The notes below the pieces were generated by a model. The model saw only the letters and a program-made list of their open reading frames with translations. It was not told the DNA's origin and did no database searches. Source: Gemmatimonadota bacterium (lineage in GTDB: Bacteria; Latescibacterota; UBA2968; UBA8231). Taken from it: DNA of 43,178 bases. The stretch's first letter is position 1. Each line of letters opens with the position of its first letter. The DNA lies in the NCBI GenBank assembly GCA_038128265.1, contig JAYPJE010000036.1, positions 1 to 43,178 of the forward strand. The letters run 5' to 3'. A program made the translations under genes and the position numbers. Shown here piece after piece: positions 28,668 through 37,065 of the stretch.

Positions 28668-29279
28668 TCACTCATCGGGTGAAAATTCCAATACGCGCCT
28701 ATATATGGGTTTGCCAGCAGCGATATACTTTTCCTCGTAGTTTGTCTTCGCACCGTCCCATTCCGCCTCCACAACGCGCATAGAGCGACTTCCATCTAAT
28801 ACTTCGAGCATGACATCAAAGTACTCGGAGAAATCAGTGGCCAACCACAGGTGGCCTCCTGGAATCAGCGTGCGCTCCACCTCGGCCAGAAACTCGGCGT
28901 TAAACAGGCGACGTTTGTGATGGCGTTTCTTGGGCCAAGGATCGGGAAAGTATATATGATACGCCTGCACCGAACGCGCAGGTATGAAAAACTCGACAAA
29001 TTCGCGCGCATCGGCGCGCACAAAGCGAACGTTTTTTAACGAACGGCGCACGCAGCGGGCATGTGCCAAGCGCAGATATTTCATCGCCCATTCAACACCG
29101 ACAAAGTTTACGTCGGAACGGCGCTGGGCCGAGTCGATCAGAAAGCGCCCCTTGCCAATCCCAATCTCAACTTCTACCGGGCTGTCATCAGCAAATACAT
29201 CGGCCCAATCTAGCGTGGGATCCTCCCCATCGACATCGGTCAGTTGCAGCAGCAGTTCGAGATCGGCGCCTATCGGCAT
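28668..29279 (-). CDS. trmB: tRNA (guanine-N7)-methyltransferase TrmB
   Basis: VEIGIGKGRF, GVE, FPDPWPKKRHHKRRL, ATD, TNYEEK. Start placed at MPIG behind GGAG. Confidence 0.95.
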   Translation of the reverse strand: MPIGADLELLLQLTDVDGEDPTLDWADVFADDSPVEVEIGIGKGRFLIDSAQRRSDVNFVGVEWAMKYLRLAHARCVRRSLKNVRFVRADAREFVEFFIPARSVQAYHIYFPDPWPKKRHHKRRLFNAEFLAEVERTLIPGGHLWLATDFSEYFDVMLEVLDGSRSMRVVEAEWDGAKTNYEEKYIAAGKPIYRRVLEFSPDE

Positions 29280-29319
29280 ACATCGCTCCATGACAAGAAA
29301 AAAACAGGACATTCACGAC

Positions 29320-29356
29320 AAAAAAATGGGCGCCGATCGCTAGCGATCGGCGCCCA
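29320..29356 (-). terminator. Intrinsic terminator after the merR-iscA-iscS-moeB operon
   Basis: Perfect 30-bp palindrome TGGGCGCCGATCGCTAGCGATCGGCGCCCA (29327-29356) followed by a T run on the minus strand. Confidence 0.8.
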
Positions 29357-29384
29357 AAAAATATCGGGTTCGAGACGATTTAAA

Positions 29385-30572
29385 TCAACCCGCCGCCTCG
29401 CTGTGCGAGGGTAGACCACAGAACTGCTGATAGTCGATGAGTTCCGTGACCGTCGGATTGTCACCGCAAACCGGGCACTCGCTGTCGCGGCGCAGCTTTA
29501 ACTCGCGAAATTTCATATCCATCGCGTCGTAGAGCAGCACGCGACCAATTAGCGGCTTGCCTTCGCCCAAGACCAACTTGACAACTTCCGTCGCCTGCAT
29601 CAGCCCGACCGTGCCGGGCAGCACGCCTAGGACACCCCCCTCAGCGCAGCTCGGCACTTCTCCGGGCGGCGGCGGTTCCGGGTAGAGGCAGCGATAGCAC
29701 GGACCATCGCCGGGCATGTACACCGTCGCCTGCCCTTCAAAGCGGAAGATGCTGCCATCGACTACCGGCTTCCCCGTTAATACGGCTGCGTCGTTGACTA
29801 GATAACGCGTTGGAAAGTTATCGCAGCCGTTTACAATAATATCGTAATCGGCCATCACGTCGTAGATATTGTGCGAAGTCAACAATTCGTAGTGCGTGCG
29901 GACGTCAATGCCGGGATTTAAGCCAAGCAGGCGATCGCGCGCCGCCTCGACCTTGGGGCGCCCAACATCTGATTCGCTAAAAAGCACCTGGCGCTGCAAG
30001 TTGCTCTTGTCGACGACGTCGGCATCGACCAGGCCTATTTGACCGATACCCGCCGCAGCCAGATAGAGCGCGGTGGGACATCCCAAGCCGCCTGCGCCCA
30101 CAAGGAGCACCCGACCTTTCAGCAACTTCTGCTGGCCCTGTTCGCCGACTTCGGGCAAAATAATATGGCGCGCATAGCGCTGCATATCATCCTCAGATAA
30201 CAGCCCCCCCTGCTCAAAATCGAAACCGGCATCTTTCCACCCCTTGAATCCACCGATCATGGACTTCACATTGGTATAGCCCATAAACGCTAGATCGCGT
30301 GCAGCCAGCGCAGAGCGATTGCCTCCCGCGCAGTAGAGTACGATTTCGTCCTCCCGATTCATCGTCACGTCTTCCTCGATGTTGAGTTCGAGAAAACCGC
30401 GCGGAATCAGCGCTGCACCGGGAATGTAGCCATCCATCACCTCGTCGCGCTCGCGCACGTCGACAATGTGGATTTCCTTGCCAGCCTTTAGATCTTGCTG
30501 AACTTGGGCCGCCGTTACTTCGGCGATACTTTGCTTCACCTGATTGAGAAGCTGACTCGACGTCACACTCAT
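29385..30572 (-). CDS. moeB: Rhodanese-MoeB/ThiF fusion (sulfur-carrier adenylyltransferase/sulfurtransferase)
   Basis: N-terminal rhodanese (VDVRE, YCAGGNRS), then RYARHI, GAGGLG, SNLQRQ, DNFPTRY, CYRC and CPVC Zn motifs. Confidence 0.93.
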   Translation of the reverse strand: MSVTSSQLLNQVKQSIAEVTAAQVQQDLKAGKEIHIVDVRERDEVMDGYIPGAALIPRGFLELNIEEDVTMNREDEIVLYCAGGNRSALAARDLAFMGYTNVKSMIGGFKGWKDAGFDFEQGGLLSEDDMQRYARHIILPEVGEQGQQKLLKGRVLLVGAGGLGCPTALYLAAAGIGQIGLVDADVVDKSNLQRQVLFSESDVGRPKVEAARDRLLGLNPGIDVRTHYELLTSHNIYDVMADYDIIVNGCDNFPTRYLVNDAAVLTGKPVVDGSIFRFEGQATVYMPGDGPCYRCLYPEPPPPGEVPSCAEGGVLGVLPGTVGLMQATEVVKLVLGEGKPLIGRVLLYDAMDMKFRELKLRRDSECPVCGDNPTVTELIDYQQFCGLPSHSEAAG

Positions 30573-30590
30573 ATATCCTCCCAGGAATCC

Positions 30591-31784
30591 TTAAATAGCC
30601 GCTGCTTTTTTCTTTTTGCCAGACGCGGCCACGCCTACTTCCGCACCGCGCAGCACCTCTACGGCCGCGACGACGCGCTCTGCAACATATTCTACTTCGC
30701 GCGCGGTCGTAAAGCGGCCAAGACCAAAACGCAGGGTTGAACGCGCCCGCGCGTCATCGCATCCCATGGCGGCTAGCACGTGCGATGGGTTCGGCGAATC
30801 AGATGAACAGGCTGCGCCCGATGAGAGAGCAATGCCCCGCAGCTGGGCCAACAGCTCAGCCCCGTCAAGACCGCGAAAGCTAAGGCTCAAATGGCCGGGC
30901 AGGCGCCGGGTTTCATGGCCGTTTAACTCGTCCCCTAATAACACCTTCGACAGCCCCGCGCGCAATTGGCAGCGCAGGGCCAGCAGGCGCTCGGCCTCAG
31001 CCGGCCGTTCGGCCGCCGCCAGCTGGCAGGCGGCCCCCAGGCCGACGATGCCTGGCACATTTAACGTGCCGGCGCGCAGACCGCGCTCTTGCCCTCCACC
31101 GTCTTGCTGTGCCCCTAGGCGCACGCGCGGCGAGCGCGAACGCACATAGAGTGCCCCCACGCCCTTTGGGCCGTAAAATTTGTGCGCCGACAGCGATAGC
31201 AGATCGATGCCTTGCGCATCGACGTCTATCTCAATTTTGCCAACCGCCTGCGCCGCATCGCAGTGAAACAATACGCCGCGCGCTTTACAGAGAGCGCCAA
31301 TTTCGGCCAGCGGGTGCAGCGTGCCCACTTCGTTGTTGGCGGCCATGAGAGAAACCATAACCGTCTCGTCGGTTATCGCTCGCTCCAACGCATCCACATC
31401 GATGCTCCCGCTTTGATCAACATCGAGGTACGTCGTGCTAAAGCCGCGCCGCGCCAGGCTCTTACAGACGTCGAGAACGGCTTTGTGTTCGGTCTGGGCA
31501 GTAATGATATGGCCGCGCCCAACAAACTCGGCTACCCCCTTCAGCGCGAGATTATTGGCCTCGGTAGCCCCCGAGGTAAAGACGATCTCTCGCTCCCGCG
31601 CATTAAGGAGCGCGGCAACCTGACGACGGGCCTGCGCCACAGCCATCGCCGCATCGTTACCCAACGCATGCGTCGCGCTTGAGGCATTGCCAAACTGCTC
31701 GCAGAAATAGGGTAGCATGGCGTCGAGGACGCGGCGATCGACCGGCGTCGTCGCCAGATAATCCATGTATACGGGTAGGTGCAC
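30591..31784 (-). CDS. iscS: Cysteine desulfurase (IscS/NifS class I)
   Basis: YMDYLATTP, FTSGATEANN, HCDAAQ, SAHKFYGPKG, SSGAAC with the catalytic Cys. Confidence 0.93.
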   Translation of the reverse strand: MHLPVYMDYLATTPVDRRVLDAMLPYFCEQFGNASSATHALGNDAAMAVAQARRQVAALLNAREREIVFTSGATEANNLALKGVAEFVGRGHIITAQTEHKAVLDVCKSLARRGFSTTYLDVDQSGSIDVDALERAITDETVMVSLMAANNEVGTLHPLAEIGALCKARGVLFHCDAAQAVGKIEIDVDAQGIDLLSLSAHKFYGPKGVGALYVRSRSPRVRLGAQQDGGGQERGLRAGTLNVPGIVGLGAACQLAAAERPAEAERLLALRCQLRAGLSKVLLGDELNGHETRRLPGHLSLSFRGLDGAELLAQLRGIALSSGAACSSDSPNPSHVLAAMGCDDARARSTLRFGLGRFTTAREVEYVAERVVAAVEVLRGAEVGVAASGKKKKAAAI

Positions 31785-31796
31785 GCCCGACGCGTC

Positions 31797-32120
31797 TCAG
31801 GCGCTAAACGACTCGCCGCAGCCGCACGTCGTGCGCGCGTTGGGATTTTCGATTTTGAATCCTGCCCCCATCAGTCCGTCGTGGTAGTCGAGCGTCACGC
31901 CGCTGAGATAGAGACTGCTTTTCATGTCGATAAATATTTTCACGCCGTTTGTTTCAAAAACGTGGTCTAGATCGCCACTCTCGGCGGCAAATTCCAGCTT
32001 GTACTGAAATCCGGAACACCCCCCGCCCATCACGCCCATGCGCAGACCGCTCTGGGCGTCGCCCTCTTTGGCAATCAGCGTTTTGATTTTTTCAGCGGCT
32101 GCATCCGTGACAATAACCAT
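31797..32120 (-). CDS. A-type Fe-S carrier (HesB/IscA/ErpA family)
   Basis: GGGCSGFQY and CGCGESF motifs. Start placed at MVIVTD. Confidence 0.95.
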   Translation of the reverse strand: MVIVTDAAAEKIKTLIAKEGDAQSGLRMGVMGGGCSGFQYKLEFAAESGDLDHVFETNGVKIFIDMKSSLYLSGVTLDYHDGLMGAGFKIENPNARTTCGCGESFSA

Positions 32121-32167
32121 ACCGCATTCCTTCCCCCGAGAGCCCCACCAGCCTCGGCGTCGCGTGC

Positions 32168-32632
32168 TCACTTCTCAAAAATGGATGATTCAATTACGTC
32201 GGGCACCTCATCGTGCTGGCAGTAAACGCCACAGTGATGGCAGTCCCGTTCAAATACATTCTTTTCACAGCAGAGACACCCCTTGAGTATCTCGATGGCC
32301 TTGTCGTTGCGCGCCCTCATATTGGAATAATGCGCAATGCGCGCATCGATTTCCTGCTGCTGCCAGCGCAGGTGTTCGACAAGCGACGTGGCGAGTTCAC
32401 CGCCCGTTCTGCTGCACTCTTTTAAACTGAACAGCTCGCGGATGCGTTCCAGCTCGAATCCGAGCTCTTTCAGACTCTGTATGATTTTTAAGCGACGCAG
32501 CTGGGCATCGGAATAGAGGCGAAAACCACCACCGGTGCGCTCTTCGGGTTCAATGATGCCCAGTTCTTCGTAATATCGGATCGTTCGCGTAGTGACCCCG
32601 GCTTGGCTTGCCAGATCGCCAATTTGCATCAT
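32168..32632 (-). CDS. MerR family transcriptional regulator with Cys-rich C-terminus
   Basis: IGDLA...TIRYYEELG...GFRLY HTH, coiled coil, tail CLCC-x8-CHHC-x3-C. Confidence 0.92.
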   Translation of the reverse strand: MMQIGDLASQAGVTTRTIRYYEELGIIEPEERTGGGFRLYSDAQLRRLKIIQSLKELGFELERIRELFSLKECSRTGGELATSLVEHLRWQQQEIDARIAHYSNMRARNDKAIEILKGCLCCEKNVFERDCHHCGVYCQHDEVPDVIESSIFEK

Positions 32633-32674
32633 GGGCTCTTCTTCTTCACTAAAAGGGCTTATCCCGGTATTATT

Positions 32675-32706
32675 ACTATACTAACGTAAACGTGAATGTC
32701 AGTCAA
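32675..32706 (-). promoter_or_regulatory. MerR-type promoter with ACGT-N2-ACGT dyad operator
   Basis: Minus strand TTGACT-gacaTTCACGTTTACGTTAG-TATAGT. The dyad (32681-32696) lies between -35 and -10 and resembles the LiuR-type MerR motif TTTACGTwwACGTAAA. Confidence 0.65.
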
Positions 32707-32909
32707 CCGCCAGCGCAGAACGACGCTATTCCCAAAGGCCCGATAGGCGGTTTTGACCACGAATCGATGCGTACAGCGCCGACGGACCGCCTTTAATGTA
32801 TCTAAATTGACCTAAGTGCATAAAAACTGCCCCGGGCAGGTCGCACTGCCGGCTGGTCTACTTCGCCCAGCTTATCGCATCCAGCTCGCGCCTTGCCGCG
32901 GTAACGGAG

Positions 32910-32935
32910 GCAACTTTTTCACCGATCCGTAGTCT
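32910..32935 (+). promoter_or_regulatory. Possible ECF-sigma promoter for the protease operon
   Basis: GCAACT-16 nt-GTCT, an AAC/GTC arrangement typical of ECF promoters. Short motif, weak evidence. Confidence 0.3.
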
Positions 32936-33029
32936 GCAGTGGGGTACGACCCATATGGCGCGTGCACGGCGTATATTTCTGGGTATATTCTTCTCCGAAC
33001 CGCCCAGTGTATTCGAGAAATGGATCATC

Positions 33030-33578
33030 ATGCCCTACCTTCTCATCGCGCTCATTTCCCTATTCTCTACCCAGGCGCACACGGCAACCGTAGAGCGCTT
33101 CAGATTAGACCAACTAGCGGACCAAGCTGCGCGTGTCCTCGTCGTCACCTGTATTCAGAGCGAACCCGACCTAATCGACGGCGCCATTTACACGCGCTAC
33201 AAGTTCACTGTTACCGAGACCGTAAAAGGCCCCGCGCAGAAGGAACTCGAACTGCACCTACCCGGCGGCCAATTCCAAGGAGTCCGTTCGCGCATCGCCG
33301 GCATACCGACTTTTGCACCGGGTTCGGAGAGCGTTCTCTTTCTCACCGCTCCCAATAGGCTTGGCCATGCCTGGCCCATCGGTTTGGGCCAGGGCGCCTT
33401 CCGCATCGAGCGACGCGACGATGGCGCTGCGCGCGTCTACCAGCGTCTGGATGGCCTGACCGTGTATGAAGGAGCCGCAAAGCAGGTCAACCAGAGCGAA
33501 TCCATCCAAGGCGCCGAGCTACACACTTTTCTACGCCGCGTGCGTGCGCTGGCAGGGATACAAGGCTATGCGCACTAG
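33030..33578 (+). CDS. Secreted hypothetical protein, partner of the downstream metalloprotease
   Basis: Signal peptide MPYLLIALISLFSTQAHT; beta-rich domain (LPGG...G.PTF..G..SVLFL...GLGQGAF); overlaps the next gene's start. Confidence 0.7.
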   Translation: MPYLLIALISLFSTQAHTATVERFRLDQLADQAARVLVVTCIQSEPDLIDGAIYTRYKFTVTETVKGPAQKELELHLPGGQFQGVRSRIAGIPTFAPGSESVLFLTAPNRLGHAWPIGLGQGAFRIERRDDGAARVYQRLDGLTVYEGAAKQVNQSESIQGAELHTFLRRVRALAGIQGYAH

Positions 33579-36126
33579 GCTCTGGTTCACTCTCGCGCTG
33601 TCCTGCGCGCTAGCCCAACCAAGCACGGCATTCCTGATCCAAACCTTTCAGGGCGACTCCGGTCCCATTCAGCAATTTTGGCGCAGCCCCGAGCGGATTC
33701 CCTTTGTCCTATTTAGCGCCGGTTCAGACGATATGCCCCCAGAGGAAGCCCACCGCCTGCTGCGCGAGAGTTTCCAAATCTGGGAAGACGTGCCGGGCGC
33801 CCGCGTCGCTTTTTCGGACCTGGGCGAAACGTCCGCGCGCACGCCCAGCCGGCGCGACCGACGCAACCTGGTGTACTTTGATGAGACCAACGCTTTTCTC
33901 CAGGTGCCACAAGGCTCGGGTATCATCGCCGTAACCCGCATCAACTCGGACGGGCTTACGGGAGAAATCGTCGACGCAGACATCATTTTCAACGGACGCG
34001 ACTTCCGCTTCTCCGGCCCGTCGACCCCCAAGGTGGGACGCGTCGATTTGAAGGACGTCGCCGTGCACGAGGTGGGGCACCTTCTCGGGCTGGAACACAC
34101 GCCGCTCGACGGTCCGGCCAGCGTGCGCCCAACTATGAATCCCTTTAATCGCGGCGATGGGCCAGGCCTGGGACAGACCCTCGAGGCCGACGACATCGCC
34201 GGCATCAGCTTCCTCTATCCAACCAGCACATATCCACTCAGCGTCGGTAGCATTCACGGCACTGTCAGCGACATCGCGGGTAACGGCCTCTTCGGCACCC
34301 ATATCTCCGCCCTTAACCTCGATACAAGAGCACAGTACAGCACCGTTTCAGGCGCCTACGAAGGACGCGGAGGCGCATACCGACTCGAAGGACTTCCACC
34401 CGGCCGCTATCGGCTCCGCTTGTCCACCATTGAAGGAGCAATCGACGAGGAGAGCTTTGGCGGTATCTTCACCGATTTTTCCACTGGATTTGCCGACGAG
34501 TACTACGACAACAGCCGCGATGAAAACCTGGCCTACGTACTCGAAGTGTCCGCCGGACAAAGGCTGGACTCAATCGACTTCGTAACGGGGTTTGCACGCC
34601 CCGGCTATCCCAGCATAGAACCCTTCGGCCTAGCGACCAACACCCCCGATACTGCCGGTCCCTACACCATTCGCATGCAGGCTTTCTACACCGATGAGAT
34701 GTGGCTGCACTACCGAATCGACAGCACGACAGCTGATCGGATCGCCATGAGCGCACAGGCCGACGGCCTTTTTTCTGCCAGTATTCCTGGTCAACCGACC
34801 GGCACGCGCGTAGAGTACCGCATCGAAGCGAGCAACGACAGCATAGCTCAATCGTTCTTTCCCGGTGAAGGACAGTGGCTGGGGTTTGATGTAGTTGAGC
34901 TCAGTGGCGCTGCGCTGGCATTTACCGCCCTTCGCGGCGAAGACGTAATCAGCATCGTAGATACGGAGACACAGGTTGAGATGGCGCGCATCGCCGTCGG
35001 CGACGAGCCCATTCAAGTCTTGCTAAGCCGAGATGGCAGCACCCTCTACGCTTCCAACTTAGGATCGAGTGAAATTAGCGTCGTCTCAACGGCCACCTTC
35101 CAAGAGGTACAGCGCATAGAAACGGCGGTAGAACCCCTCGATCTGGCCCTCAGTCCGGACGGCCGCACACTCTACGCAACCAATTCGGGCGCAGGAGCGC
35201 TCACAATTATCGACGTGGAATCGGCCGCGGCGCGCACGGTGTGGATCCCCGGGCTCGAGAGAGGACCCTATGGCATGGCGGCGAGCAGCGACAAGCTCTT
35301 TGTTACCGATCTGGCCAATAACCGCGTGATCGTCATGGATCTGGAAGGCGCGGTGCGGTCGCGCATTGCCGTGGCTTCGCAGCCGCGTTCGCTGGCCATA
35401 AGTGGGGACGGCCGCACCCTCTACGTGGCCAATATGGGAGAAAATGTGCTGACGGTCATTGATACGGAGAGCGAGCGTGTATCTCGACAGGTCGAACTAC
35501 CCGTGACCGGCACGTTTGCCATAGCCATTAACCCAGCCGAGGACAAACTATACCTGACGGCATACGATGAGGGCGCACTGCTCATTCTCGACGTCGAAAC
35601 GCTGAGCGTGCGGACACAGCTGTCGGTCGGTGAAAATCCACGCGGCATCTCTTTCTCGCCAGACGGCCAGCGCGTATTCGTGACCAACGAATTTTCCGAC
35701 GAAACCATCCTAATTGACGGCGATGGCGACGAGCGCATCGGCCAGTACAGCGCCGGCGTCCAGCCGCGCGGCATTGCCGTGGCCATGCCCACTCTTCCCA
35801 CCGCCGACACAGCAGTTTCTGAGAGTGGCACTGCTCCGCTGCGCTTTGCGTTGGAGCCAACCTACCCCAATCCGTTTAACGCCGAAACGCAAATCGCCTT
35901 TTCCCTACCTGCAGAGCACGGAGAACAGATGGTCCATTTAGCCATCTACAACGCATTGGGACAGCCGGTGCGTCAGCTGCTCCGGGCGCGTCTTGACGCG
36001 GGCGTGCACCGCACCCAATGGAACGGACGCGACGACGGCGGACGCGCCGTTTCCAGCGGCGTCTACGTCCTATCGCTGCGCGCGGGCGACTTGCACCAGG
36101 CGCGCAAGCTACTTCTCCTGCGCTGA
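33568..36126 (+). CDS. Secreted matrixin-like zinc metalloprotease with Ig-like domains, YVTN-type beta-propeller and FlgD-Ig/T9SS-like C-terminal domain
   Basis: Signal peptide; HEVGHLLGLEH plus Met-turn PTMNP; repeated SPDGRTLYxxN blades; C-terminus YPNPFNAET...IYNALGQ...WNGRD...SSGVY...KLLLLR. Confidence 0.88.
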   Translation: MRTRLWFTLALSCALAQPSTAFLIQTFQGDSGPIQQFWRSPERIPFVLFSAGSDDMPPEEAHRLLRESFQIWEDVPGARVAFSDLGETSARTPSRRDRRNLVYFDETNAFLQVPQGSGIIAVTRINSDGLTGEIVDADIIFNGRDFRFSGPSTPKVGRVDLKDVAVHEVGHLLGLEHTPLDGPASVRPTMNPFNRGDGPGLGQTLEADDIAGISFLYPTSTYPLSVGSIHGTVSDIAGNGLFGTHISALNLDTRAQYSTVSGAYEGRGGAYRLEGLPPGRYRLRLSTIEGAIDEESFGGIFTDFSTGFADEYYDNSRDENLAYVLEVSAGQRLDSIDFVTGFARPGYPSIEPFGLATNTPDTAGPYTIRMQAFYTDEMWLHYRIDSTTADRIAMSAQADGLFSASIPGQPTGTRVEYRIEASNDSIAQSFFPGEGQWLGFDVVELSGAALAFTALRGEDVISIVDTETQVEMARIAVGDEPIQVLLSRDGSTLYASNLGSSEISVVSTATFQEVQRIETAVEPLDLALSPDGRTLYATNSGAGALTIIDVESAAARTVWIPGLERGPYGMAASSDKLFVTDLANNRVIVMDLEGAVRSRIAVASQPRSLAISGDGRTLYVANMGENVLTVIDTESERVSRQVELPVTGTFAIAINPAEDKLYLTAYDEGALLILDVETLSVRTQLSVGENPRGISFSPDGQRVFVTNEFSDETILIDGDGDERIGQYSAGVQPRGIAVAMPTLPTADTAVSESGTAPLRFALEPTYPNPFNAETQIAFSLPAEHGEQMVHLAIYNALGQPVRQLLRARLDAGVHRTQWNGRDDGGRAVSSGVYVLSLRAGDLHQARKLLLLR

Positions 36127-37065
36127 CGCTTCGACAAACCCCTCAACGCTGAAATAGCGAAAGCCCGTATCGCAGAACAGCGTGAGCAGCCTCTGGCCAG
36201 CTCCCATAGCTTTTGCGACGCGTAAACTCCCGGCGACATTGGCCCCAGAAGAGGGACCGAGCAGCAAACCCTCTTCGCGCGCCAGGCGACGCGCGTAGTG
36301 GAATGCCTCGTCGTCATCTATCGCGATCACATCGTCTATGATACTGCGATCGAGCACTTCGGGAACAAAACCGGCACCAATCCCCTGAATGCCGTGTAGC
36401 CCCGCCTCTTGGCCGCTGAGAACGGCCGAGCGAGCGGGCTCAATGGCGACGACGCGCAGCGAGGGGATGGCCTCCTTCAAGACCGCGCCTACCCCCGTAA
36501 TGGTGCCGCCGGTGCCCACGCCAGCGACAAATGCATCCAGCGACCCCTGCGTTGCGTCGAGGATTTCGCGCGCCGTCGTCTTGCGGTGCGTTTCGGGATT
36601 GGCCGGGTTGTGAAACTGCTGCGGCATAAAGTGGCTGGCCGGATCGCCCGCGACAATCTCCTCGGCTCGGCGTATGGCCCCAGGCATATCTTCGGCTGCG
36701 GGCGTCAGTTCGAGTTCGGCTCCATAACTAGCCATAACCAAGCGGCGTTCAACGCTCATACTCTCGGGCATCGTCAACACGAGCCGATAACCCAAAGCCG
36801 CCGCCGCCATAGCGAGGGCAATACCGGTATTGCCGCTGGTCGGCTCGACGATCGTCATACCCTTGCGCAGCTGCCCGTGCGCCTCGGCGGCGCGAATCAT
36901 GCTGATGCCAATCCGATCTTTTACACTGCCGGCCGGATTGCGCGACTCCAACTTTCCATAGATAGCGCAGCCGTCTTGCGGCGCAATCCGGTTGAGCCGG
37001 ATCAGCGGCGTCGCTCCGACGGTATCGAGAATGCTTTCGGCCGGCTGTGCCTGACTAGGGTTCAT
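36109..37065 (-). CDS. cysK: Cysteine synthase A
   Basis: KLESRNPAGSVKDRI, EPTSGNTG, GVGTGGT, HGIQGIGAG, GPSSG. Start placed at MNPSQ. Confidence 0.95.
   Translation of the reverse strand: MNPSQAQPAESILDTVGATPLIRLNRIAPQDGCAIYGKLESRNPAGSVKDRIGISMIRAAEAHGQLRKGMTIVEPTSGNTGIALAMAAAALGYRLVLTMPESMSVERRLVMASYGAELELTPAAEDMPGAIRRAEEIVAGDPASHFMPQQFHNPANPETHRKTTAREILDATQGSLDAFVAGVGTGGTITGVGAVLKEAIPSLRVVAIEPARSAVLSGQEAGLHGIQGIGAGFVPEVLDRSIIDDVIAIDDDEAFHYARRLAREEGLLLGPSSGANVAGSLRVAKAMGAGQRLLTLFCDTGFRYFSVEGFVEASAQEK

Noticed and set aside
29327..29356. Perfect 30-bp palindrome as a possible REP, MITE or CRISPR repeat
   Set aside because: Single copy in the window, just after a stop codon and followed by a T run; best explained as a terminator.
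36109..36126. 18-bp convergent overlap of cysK and the protease gene
   Set aside because: Short 3' overlaps are common in compact genomes; no evidence of function.
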